A stretch of 36,334 nt of DNA from a virus (taxonomy: Duplodnaviria; Caudoviricetes), in IMG/VR virus record IMGVR_UViG_3300017774_001282, positions 1 through 36,334 of that record, one strand, 5' to 3'. Shown here in pieces: positions 16,979 through 24,127 of this stretch (the stretch's first letter is position 1; every line of letters starts with the position of its first letter). The notes below the pieces were generated by a model. That model made no database searches, was not told the DNA's origin, and saw only the letters and a program-made list of their open reading frames with translations. Position numbers and translations under genes: made by a program.

Positions 16979-17168
16979 TAAATCTGATGATTGAGTTCAC
17001 AAAGTCGAACAAGGGGTCTTGATTGTATGCGTTCTCAAACCCTCTCTCGGTGAACACGTCCCCTGATCTACGGGCGATGTCGATGAACTCTTGATCAGAG
17101 ATTTTTGGGATGTAGAGTTCTTGCTCTTCTTCAGTAAGTAGCTTGGTGTTGACTATGTATACCTTCAT
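16968..17168 (-). CDS. Hypothetical protein
   Basis: 66-aa ORF. Confidence 0.6.
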   Translation of the reverse strand: MKVYIVNTKLLTEEEQELYIPKISDQEFIDIARRSGDVFTERGFENAYNQDPLFDFVNSIIRFIED

Positions 17169-17200
17169 TGTCTGCGATATTTAATTTGTTGAATGATGAT

Positions 17201-17235
17201 GAAAAGAAGGAGGCCACCCCAGTAGATGGCCATCC
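17201..17235 (-). terminator. Rho-independent terminator
   Basis: Minus strand GGATGGCCATC-TACTG-GGGTGGCCTCC-TTCTTTT. Confidence 0.6.
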
Positions 17236-17250
17236 ATTTATGTAGCGTAC

Positions 17251-17544
17251 TCAAGCTAGGTCGATTTTAATTGTTTTGACATGATTTATCCTTGCTTTAC
17301 TGACGGCCTCTTCATGCGTCTTGAATTGCTTCCTTGACAACCTAAGAGTTCCGCTGTAGTTTACCACATTGACGTAGAACGTCTTGGTCTTCTCGGTCTC
17401 AATCGATAGGTCTAGTTTAGACCTGTTCTTGGACGACCTGCGACCTTCCTTGTCCCATGTGAGTATTTTGCCGTTGACAATTCCAACATAGCTGTCTCCT
17501 AACTTTTGTAGTTTTACTACCTTGATGCCGTTTCGTGTTTGCAT
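17251..17544 (-). CDS. Hypothetical basic protein
   Basis: 97-aa ORF (TRNG.KV...GIV...TW..EG). Confidence 0.65.
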   Translation of the reverse strand: MQTRNGIKVVKLQKLGDSYVGIVNGKILTWDKEGRRSSKNRSKLDLSIETEKTKTFYVNVVNYSGTLRLSRKQFKTHEEAVSKARINHVKTIKIDLA

Positions 17545-17566
17545 TTGATTTGGTTTTTATGATTGT

Positions 17567-17782
17567 TTAATACGTAGACTTGATGATTGTGGATAGGCTG
17601 GCAGTCCAAACGTGCCACCCCTCTTCGATGTCCTTCTCAGACAATACGTCGTCGTAGTATGCCTCAGCAAGAGATAGTGCATCGTAGTTGAACGTGTCTT
17701 CATCGTCTAACACCATGTACTCGTCCCTGAAGGTGTCAGGGATGTCGTTATGCTTTAAAGTATAGGCTACTATATACCTCAT
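17567..17782 (-). CDS. Hypothetical acidic protein
   Basis: 71-aa ORF. Confidence 0.6.
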   Translation of the reverse strand: MRYIVAYTLKHNDIPDTFRDEYMVLDDEDTFNYDALSLAEAYYDDVLSEKDIEEGWHVWTASLSTIIKSTY

Positions 17783-17969
17783 AGTTGTAGTATTTTTTTA
17801 CGAATTGTGCTACCGAAATGTCTTGCACCTCAGATGCGTTGACGACGTACCGATAAAGGTCTTTGTCTTCAGTTACCGCAAGTGCTAAGATGTCATCCTT
17901 GTTGTCAGTCTCCTTGCCACAATAGGTAAGGATTGCTGTGATTAGTTCTTGTCTGCTGTAGTGGTTCAT
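17748..17969 (-). CDS. Hypothetical protein
   Basis: 73-aa ORF. Confidence 0.55.
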   Translation of the reverse strand: MNHYSRQELITAILTYCGKETDNKDDILALAVTEDKDLYRYVVNASEVQDISVAQFVKKYYNYEVYSSLYFKA

Positions 17970-17979
17970 GATTGGTATT

Positions 17980-18207
17980 TTATTGTAAATTAATTAATCT
18001 ATCTTCCTTGATTGAAATCAGATAATCTAACATGCACTCATACTCGCCAAATTTTGGGTTATTAAACTTGGATGTGTCGTATGCATTGTACATTGAAATA
18101 AGTTCTTCATACTGTAGGTCATATGTTAGTTCACCCAAAGCTAGTCCTAAACTTTTGCCAAGAATGACGTCGTGTAATTTAGTAAAAAGAAAGAATGAAT
18201 ATCCCAT
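17980..18207 (-). CDS. Hypothetical protein
   Basis: 75-aa ORF. Confidence 0.55.
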   Translation of the reverse strand: MGYSFFLFTKLHDVILGKSLGLALGELTYDLQYEELISMYNAYDTSKFNNPKFGEYECMLDYLISIKEDRLINLQ

Positions 18208-18239
18208 GGTGATTGATTTTGTTAACTATCATTTGTTAA

Positions 18240-18268
18240 AAAGTTAGGGGAGGAATAACCCTCCCCCA
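18240..18268 (-). terminator. Hairpin/terminator after the DUF932 gene
   Basis: GGGGAGG-GTTATT-CCTCCCC-TAACTTTT on the minus strand. Confidence 0.55.
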
Positions 18269-18273
18269 TTTAC

Positions 18274-19209
18274 CTAGAACTTAAGGATGGACTCGAATGA
18301 GTTGTTGTCGATGTCAGCACCGCCCCCGACGTACTTAGACTCAAGCCTAGCGTTGTCTCTGCTTGGCGTTGGCATGACGTGTGAGGTATAGTGCGTGATG
18401 CCGGAGAACAATCCCCACAAGGTCTCGCCCTTCTGCTCAATTTCCTTGGCGATTGAGGAGAGAAGTTCACCCGACCTATTGACCGCATACGCGCTGTAGA
18501 TTTCCTCAGCCTTAGACCTTGGGACGCTGACGTCAACCCCCGTCACGCTCTTGACGATAGACGCAATGTTTTGCTTGGTGACCTGAACCTCTGACAACCT
18601 GATAAATTGATCAAAGATGGTCTTCTCAGCCATTGTCACGCTCTCGATTTCCCTCAGTGACCTCTCCACCCTATCGTGGATGGATGCAGTGTGACGGGCT
18701 GAGTTACTTAGCTTACCTCTAGCAGATGCAAAGGTGTTCTCACAGCAGATAGTGAAGTTGACAGCGCCCCACCTAAGAGACGTGCTACTGTCGTGGCCAT
18801 TGATTCCGGTGATAAACCCCTTGACGGATGTCCTGTTCTTGCCGATGCCGTTAATCTCATTGCCAGTGTTTAGCTGAAGGTAGACCTTGCCACCTCCATT
18901 GAACATGCCACCGGAGTGGATGCTGTATCCGGTCTTCTCAGACACCCTAAGCAATAGCTCTGCAAGTTCTGAGTTCTGATACGGCACGTACCCATCCTTG
19001 CAGGTCGTGAAGACGTCGTTGTTGTCCTCCCTGACGATGGCAGAATACTTTGTTGGAGTCCCGTCCGGCAGATGCATTTGCTGTTTCAATACGTTCCACC
19101 TTAGGCCGAATTGGTCGAGCATGGAGGCCACCCTTTCGGCATTTGAAGGGTCAGAGAGAGTGAGTCCGGAGAATGCTGATGTCAAGATGTTGTCTGCGAA
19201 ATTGTTCAT
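18274..19209 (-). CDS. DUF932 (LGT_TIGR03299-like) phage/plasmid protein
   Basis: GL.W.V, VREDN, Y.PYQNSE, NGHDSSTSL, ICCENTF, RHT and WGLFSGITHY motifs. Confidence 0.88.
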   Translation of the reverse strand: MNNFADNILTSAFSGLTLSDPSNAERVASMLDQFGLRWNVLKQQMHLPDGTPTKYSAIVREDNNDVFTTCKDGYVPYQNSELAELLLRVSEKTGYSIHSGGMFNGGGKVYLQLNTGNEINGIGKNRTSVKGFITGINGHDSSTSLRWGAVNFTICCENTFASARGKLSNSARHTASIHDRVERSLREIESVTMAEKTIFDQFIRLSEVQVTKQNIASIVKSVTGVDVSVPRSKAEEIYSAYAVNRSGELLSSIAKEIEQKGETLWGLFSGITHYTSHVMPTPSRDNARLESKYVGGGADIDNNSFESILKF

Positions 19210-19226
19210 GTTGTTTTGTTTTGTTG

Positions 19227-19592
19227 TTATCGTGATGTTGTTGAATATTGTTTTGGGTCTAACTTGGACATCTCTTCCTCAAATAGACTAAGCATTTGGT
19301 CGTATTTATACACCTTAACGCCGTCAACTTCTGAATAGTCTACTGCAATTGATATGTAGTCCGTTGCCTCTTCTTGAAATTCTGAATTGTTTTCTATGTT
19401 GGTATAAAGGTAGTCGGGGCAGTCGCATACGTCCATTACCCTATCACAATACGGGCAGTCTATTTCTTCCGCATCCATATCGTGCAGAACTACGCTACCG
19501 CAGTGCCCACAAGTTACGATGTTGATGTCTGCTAACTTTTGGATTTTCTCCTGCAGTTCAATCTGCTTTAGTACTTTTTCTCTCTTTGTCAT
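19227..19592 (-). CDS. Zn-ribbon hypothetical protein
   Basis: CGHC...CPYC...CDCPD motif. Confidence 0.65.
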   Translation of the reverse strand: MTKREKVLKQIELQEKIQKLADINIVTCGHCGSVVLHDMDAEEIDCPYCDRVMDVCDCPDYLYTNIENNSEFQEEATDYISIAVDYSEVDGVKVYKYDQMLSLFEEEMSKLDPKQYSTTSR

Positions 19593-19602
19593 GTTGTTTA
19601 GT

Positions 19603-19866
19603 TTAGTAGATGTATTCGGGAAAGTCGACGCCATACTTACCGGTGAATTCTCGCTTTTCATCATCGGTTATTTCGATGTGGATTGGGTAGTCCATCATGC
19701 CTTTCAATTGTAGCAAATCAAAGTGCATATAATTTGCATCATCGTCAAGTTGAATGCCTATGTTCTCCAAACTTGATAGATAAAACATGATTGCCTTCTT
19801 GATAATTGCAGTCTGCTCACTTGGGATTAGAATCTTGTTGTCTTGAATGTCAAATGTAATTTTCAT
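19603..19866 (-). CDS. Hypothetical protein
   Basis: 87-aa ORF with A-rich leader. Confidence 0.6.
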   Translation of the reverse strand: MKITFDIQDNKILIPSEQTAIIKKAIMFYLSSLENIGIQLDDDANYMHFDLLQLKGMMDYPIHIEITDDEKREFTGKYGVDFPEYIY

Positions 19867-19908
19867 TTTGTTTTGTTTTAGTAATAGTTTAGTAATAATC
19901 GTAAAGGT

Positions 19909-20133
19909 TTATTCAACATCTACGCAGTCCAATGAGCCCTCTCCGGCAACCTCTTCAGACGGCTCGTTTACGTTATCATAAAGCCATTCCCGAAGCACAT
20001 CGTTCAAGTCATCCTTGTTTGTTTGCCTCCAATTTACCCCGAATACTGACTCCAAGTGTTTGCTTATTGATTCTGCTTGTGATGTGGACAAGTTCCATAC
20101 TTCGATGTCCGTTCTGATTGTTGAAATAGTCAT
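19909..20133 (-). CDS. Hypothetical protein
   Basis: 74-aa ORF. Confidence 0.6.
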   Translation of the reverse strand: MTISTIRTDIEVWNLSTSQAESISKHLESVFGVNWRQTNKDDLNDVLREWLYDNVNEPSEEVAGEGSLDCVDVE

Positions 20134-20180
20134 GTGCGTTTGATTTTAGAATGTGAAATTATTATGTTATTTGTTACGGA

Positions 20181-20420
20181 TTAGTTAATCTCTACCAACT
20201 TGCCGTCAATCATTTGGTACTGGTAGTCATCCTCATCCTCCCATGATGTCCAATAGCCACCATCGTCCTCGTATGCATCCTCTAAGGAATCATAGCCATA
20301 TAGCTTTGCCAATTTGATTGCACCACTCTCATGCTTGGCGTAGTCTTGTCCATCGCCAAAGCACCACCCCTCGTTCATTCCCTTTCCGGTTACTGAGCAT
20401 TGTCTTGCAAACTTTTCCAT
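20181..20420 (-). CDS. Hypothetical protein (ARQC..TG.GMNEGW...Y..YWT.WE family)
   Basis: ATG 20420 with A-rich leader. Confidence 0.7.
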   Translation of the reverse strand: MEKFARQCSVTGKGMNEGWCFGDGQDYAKHESGAIKLAKLYGYDSLEDAYEDDGGYWTSWEDEDDYQYQMIDGKLVEIN

Positions 20421-20435
20421 GTTGATTTGTTTTGG

Positions 20436-20485
20436 TGAGGAACTGCCCTCCATTCGATGGATTGCCTATAGCGGAGCAGTTCAGT
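20436..20485 (-). ncRNA. Intergenic structured RNA element, copy 2
   Basis: ACTGAACTG...CAGTTCCTCA ends shared with 21835-21887; internal hairpins. Confidence 0.5.
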
Positions 20486-20489
20486 TTGA

Positions 20490-20567
20490 TTAAAGTAATC
20501 CCCAAGCTAGGAGATTGATTACTACGATACTGCCATAGGCAGATAGGATGACTGCGAATTGTTTCAT
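20490..20567 (-). CDS. 25-aa hydrophobic (single TM) mini-protein, not in ORF track
   Basis: MKQFAVILSAYGSIVVINLLAWGLL; starts 1 nt after the upstream stop. Confidence 0.45.
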   Translation of the reverse strand: MKQFAVILSAYGSIVVINLLAWGLL

Positions 20568-20568
20568 G

Positions 20569-20796
20569 CTATATTTTTTTGATGTTAGTGAATAGGCCTT
20601 TCAAGAAGTCTTGTTGCCACCAATCAAGGTCGGCATCGTATTCGGCTAGTTGACTAGCATCTCTTACGTAGATGTCAGCAACATATGTCGTATCGTTTAC
20701 CTCATCCCTTTGGTAGGTCTCATATAGAACACCATGCCCATCCTTGATTTCCAAGGATAGGTAGGTGTTGTCGATTGTTTCAGATTGGTATATCAT
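20569..20796 (-). CDS. Hypothetical protein
   Basis: 75-aa ORF. Confidence 0.6.
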   Translation of the reverse strand: MIYQSETIDNTYLSLEIKDGHGVLYETYQRDEVNDTTYVADIYVRDASQLAEYDADLDWWQQDFLKGLFTNIKKI

Positions 20797-20860
20797 GTCT
20801 TAAAATTTTATACATAGGCCTAGTGCCATAAGTAAGATGATGATGATTAGGTTTTTTTTA

Positions 20861-21055
20861 TCAGATTGTGACATACAATTCCGGTTTTGATATTTGTGTT
20901 TTGAAGATGAATTCCCTATACATACTGTGCGCCGTCTTGACGTCGCATCCGAAGAGGTCCATATACTTCCGTACGATGGACTGCTTGGTGGTCTCTACCT
21001 TAGACTCGGTCGGCTTATACTTTGAGCGGACCGGCATTTGTTTTCTTTGTCTCAT
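20861..21055 (-). CDS. Hypothetical basic protein
   Basis: ATG 21055 (MRQRKQ...). Confidence 0.55.
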   Translation of the reverse strand: MRQRKQMPVRSKYKPTESKVETTKQSIVRKYMDLFGCDVKTAHSMYREFIFKTQISKPELYVTI

Positions 21056-21065
21056 GTTGATATGT

Positions 21066-21818
21066 TTAGATTGTTTGTAATGCTTTTGCTCTTGACTTGT
21101 GACCAAGGCCATGGTCAGATATCACTATGCTCTTAGCCTTGATGGTGTTACCACTGCACAGTCTACAATTGGTGCATGTAGTCTTGTATCCACCTTCCTT
21201 GCTAGCCGGACACCTCACCTCACCTTGCAGTGGTGTTTGCGTCCCAATCTCGACGCGGAAGTAACGCATCCCCATGTCGTCAGCTACCAATTTCTCGAAG
21301 ACATTGTCTACACTAGCCATCACCAAGGCCTTCCATTCCGGATTGAAATCTTTGTCCATCCACCTATGGGTGTAACCCGTACGTCCCTTGCATGTCTCAG
21401 CCAATGCTTGGAACACCTCGATAGGAGCTACACATGGGTCACCATACGTACCAAACCGGACATTGCGTCCCTTCACAAAGGTCTTAGCCGTCTCTAGGGA
21501 TATCCTTGGATAGTTGCCTCTCTTGTAGGCCTTCCACACCATGGTAGCACCTTGGCCAACATTTACGTAACACCTAGCCTCACCGGTCTCCTTGGATAGT
21601 GACGGACGATGTTTGCAGTCTCCGCATATGCTCACATCATCTCCAGTCTTCACTGCCTCGATTGGGTTGACGTCTTGCAGTAGGATGTACGTTTGAATCA
21701 TGTCTCCGGTCTTGGAATTGGTGGATGCCGATGCAAGTCCGGTCATGATTACTACGATATTCTGCCCATCGTATGAGGATGGACCTTCGAACAAGATTGC
21801 GCCATTGAACTTTTTCAT
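21066..21818 (-). CDS. Gp88-like Cys-rich (probable Fe-S / radical-SAM-like) protein
   Basis: NSKTGDMIQT.IL, ICGDC..R, CYV, VRFG.YGDP, TGYTH.W, MASVD and CPAS..TC..C.LC motifs. Confidence 0.7.
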   Translation of the reverse strand: MKKFNGAILFEGPSSYDGQNIVVIMTGLASASTNSKTGDMIQTYILLQDVNPIEAVKTGDDVSICGDCKHRPSLSKETGEARCYVNVGQGATMVWKAYKRGNYPRISLETAKTFVKGRNVRFGTYGDPCVAPIEVFQALAETCKGRTGYTHRWMDKDFNPEWKALVMASVDNVFEKLVADDMGMRYFRVEIGTQTPLQGEVRCPASKEGGYKTTCTNCRLCSGNTIKAKSIVISDHGLGHKSRAKALQTI

Positions 21819-21834
21819 ATTATTTTTTTTATAA

Positions 21835-21887
21835 TGAGGAACTGAGGATGGTATCGCTCCATCTGCGCACATTGCTCTCAGTTCAGT
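21835..21887 (-). ncRNA. Intergenic structured RNA element, copy 1
   Basis: GAACTGAG/CTCAGTTC stem enclosing a GATGG-AGCGATA-CCATC hairpin; ends shared with 20436-20485. Confidence 0.5.
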
Positions 21888-21890
21888 GGG

Positions 21891-22100
21891 TTACTTGTCA
21901 AAGCCAAGGTGCTTGTCAACAAGGTCTGCTAGTTTTAAGTATGCACTTGAATGGACAATAGGGTTGTTCCAATTTTGTGGGTTTTTGGTTACCTCGTCAC
22001 GAGTCAATTCCATAATTACCACAAGCCGTTCCCTCAGCAGTGCAATTTCGATTGGAGATGCTTCTTTAAGCAAAGCCTTGAATGATTTGTCGTTAGTCAT
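21891..22100 (-). CDS. Hypothetical protein
   Basis: 69-aa ORF. Confidence 0.6.
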   Translation of the reverse strand: MTNDKSFKALLKEASPIEIALLRERLVVIMELTRDEVTKNPQNWNNPIVHSSAYLKLADLVDKHLGFDK

Positions 22101-22110
22101 TTTGTGTATT

Positions 22111-22347
22111 TTATTTGGTTATGATTTCAATGATTCGCTGTCTGATTCTATCGATGTTGCATGGCGCTTCATACGGGATGGAAACCCTCTTGGACCTATG
22201 CAGATTGGCTAAGTACTTGTCTTCTACCCTATACCACTCGTATACTTCAAGGGAATACCCATCCCTACCGCGCTTGGTAGCGTAAAATTCATACATGCCA
22301 TGCTTGAATAACTTGTAGCCGTCTTCTGATTCAAATTTGATTTTCAT
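22111..22347 (-). CDS. Hypothetical protein
   Basis: 78-aa ORF. Confidence 0.6.
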   Translation of the reverse strand: MKIKFESEDGYKLFKHGMYEFYATKRGRDGYSLEVYEWYRVEDKYLANLHRSKRVSIPYEAPCNIDRIRQRIIEIITK

Positions 22348-22363
22348 ATGCTTTTTTAGAATG

Positions 22364-22693
22364 TTATTTGATTGCTCTCACAAACCATGAGCCATTTGGT
22401 GAATATAGTTCATAGCCTACTACCTTGCACATGGACTGCACTGCATTCCAAATGTCTTTAACATCTGAATGGCAGAGGAAATGCCGATTGCCATGGTGGT
22501 ATTGGATTGTTTTACCCAATTGTGGCTCAATACATTTGCAGAAATTGGCGTAGTATTCCATGTTGAACTTGAAGTCTCTGAGATTCACGACGGAGTCTAG
22601 TAACATTCTGCGCTCACGTCCTAGGATGCCTATGCTTCTTGCCTCGTCACGAGACATGGTCAGTAACTTGTTGAGAGATTGTTGTTTTGACAT
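22364..22693 (-). CDS. Hypothetical protein, first gene of the early operon
   Basis: 109-aa ORF with A-rich leader directly downstream of the twister ribozyme. Confidence 0.65.
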   Translation of the reverse strand: MSKQQSLNKLLTMSRDEARSIGILGRERRMLLDSVVNLRDFKFNMEYYANFCKCIEPQLGKTIQYHHGNRHFLCHSDVKDIWNAVQSMCKVVGYELYSPNGSWFVRAIK

Positions 22694-22725
22694 GATATTA
22701 AGTTTATTTGGTTTGATTTATCTGG

Positions 22726-22791
22726 ACGACCTCTCTGTATTTATTCGGGCTTGAGACCGACATCCGATTCCGGCATGGCTACATTAGTCAT
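22726..22791 (-). ncRNA. Twister self-cleaving ribozyme, type P1
   Basis: Minus strand AUGAC-UAA-UGUA-GC-CAUGCCG GAAU CGGAUG-UCGG-UCUCAAGC-CCGA-AUAAA-UACA-GAGAG-GUCGU: P1 AUGAC/GUCGU, UAA cleavage loop, P2 UGUA/UACA, P3, P4 UCGG/CCGA with loop UCUCAAGC, CUC/GAG pseudoknot. Confidence 0.9.
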
Positions 22792-23158
22792 TCACGCTCC
22801 CATCTAAGCAAAATTGCTACGTGGTGAGCGCAAAAGCAATCCATTGAGCCTCATGACTACGATTAAATCCGTATGCGATAAATCTGCAATACGTTCGATG
22901 GATTGGCTACTCTCTCATTTATAATCTCAGCAAGTTGATTGGGACTGCCTACTTCCTAACTGACTTACGTCGTGAGGTGGTTTCGTGTTTAGGTTAGGAG
23001 TGCATTTCCAAGGATGGTTACTTGGTGTTCCTAGAGCCCGTTTACATTCCGGTTAACGTTTACTGAGTGATTTCGCGCAGTGCAGTTTTTTAAGCATTAC
23101 TCTTATTGGTGTTGACCGGATGGTCAGTGCATTTCCATTGTGAGTGATAAAAACCTGC

Positions 23159-23170
23159 ATGTCAATGAAC
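23159..23170 (-). promoter_or_regulatory. boxA-like antitermination element (GTTCATTGACAT)
   Basis: Resembles rrn boxA (GYTCTTTGACA-type) about 50 nt after the early promoter. Confidence 0.55.
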
Positions 23171-23224
23171 TGGGTGGGCAGGGAGTAGGCCACTTAGTTA
23201 GGTGGGCTGTGCCGCTTTCGAATA

Positions 23225-23255
23225 CAAATCTAGACCTATTTTGCAGATTAGCAAA
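23225..23255 (-). promoter_or_regulatory. Early promoter (-33 TTTG, -7 TAGATTTG)
   Basis: TTTG (23252-23255, -), 19-nt spacer, TAnnTTTG (23225-23232, -); TTAACA-N5-TTAACA immediately upstream. Confidence 0.8.
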
Positions 23256-23263
23256 CAGTGAGA

Positions 23264-23764
23264 TGTTAAAACTTTGTTAAACGATTTTTGCATAGATCTA
23301 TGGGCATGCGATAATCCCACCACCAATTGAACCGCGCGACACACATGCGCGCATACGCGTACGCACACGTGTAAGGGAAAACTGTGTTAAAGAAAAGCCA
23401 AAAAATATGTTAAAGAAAACCAAAAATCCCCAAATTTCGATTATCTCAGTGCCGGTAAGGTGTTTGTATGGTTTGGGGGGTTGAGGGGCTTAAATCGGCT
23501 TCTAAATCGTTTTAGATTTGATGCAGTGGATATGTTAAAGTCCTGTGAAAACCAATGCTTTAACACCACGTTAACAACTTTAACCTTATACGGATGTAGT
23601 ACAATACAATACAATAATGTTGAGAAGGATGAGAGATTGCGCAATACAATAAAATAGGGACGTAAACAATAGGTTATCCCCTAGTTTAACATCCCTTTAA
23701 CAATGTTCCACGTGAAACAATCACTTTAACATATAATTAACAAGGCATTGTGAACTCCTTAACA
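23264..23764. repeat. Array of TTAACA hexamers, mostly as 11-bp-spaced direct pairs
   Basis: Pairs at 23264/23275 (TGTTAA), 23560/23571, 23686/23697 and 23726/23737(/23759); singles at 23385, 23408 and 23533. Confidence 0.75.
23704..23719. promoter_or_regulatory. parS: parS centromere-like site
   Basis: TGTTCCACGTGAAACA, an exact match to the bacterial parS consensus TGTTNCACGTGAAACA. Confidence 0.85.
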
Positions 23765-23831
23765 TACTAAAGATCTTAGCAAATCGTACTAAAGAATTTA
23801 GTAATGCCGGAATCGAAATTCAATGTAGCAA

Positions 23832-23859
23832 CATCAATGTTGGACCATCAATGTTAGAC
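23832..23859 (+). repeat. Tandem 14-bp repeat CATCAATGTT(G/A)GAC x2
   Basis: 23832-23845 and 23846-23859, directly upstream of TAACTTTG (23863-23870). Confidence 0.7.
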
Positions 23860-24127
23860 CATTAACTTTGCACTCTGAGGCCACTCGGTATAGGAAAGTG
23901 ACTTGCCTAGGTGGGGGATCGAGCCCACGCGCTGGAGAGTCCCTAACGTAGTCACACATCTCACTAATTTCATGCATGCAGACACTTAGGGAATGCATGA
24001 ATGAATGACTTGGTCAGCCCTTTAATATATATAAGAAGGAAACCCCACAACTCGTTGACAATCAACACTAGGATTCCCCTATTAGGGAATGAAATCCCCA
24101 GGTGGGTAAAAAACGCTACATTTGGGT

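Noticed and set aside
22999-23137. 12-bp direct repeats as a mini-CRISPR array
   Set aside because: Repeats are too short, only two copies, and the 115-nt spacing is incompatible with CRISPR spacers
23674-23682. DnaA-box-like TTATCCCCT near parS
   Set aside because: Two mismatches from TTATCCACA and a single copy; not distinguishable from chance
23905-23935. tRNA T-arm-like sequence (minus strand GTGGG-CTCGATCC-CCCAC)
   Set aside because: The loop is 8 nt and lacks TTC; no matching acceptor stem, D-arm or anticodon arm, so it is not called a tRNA
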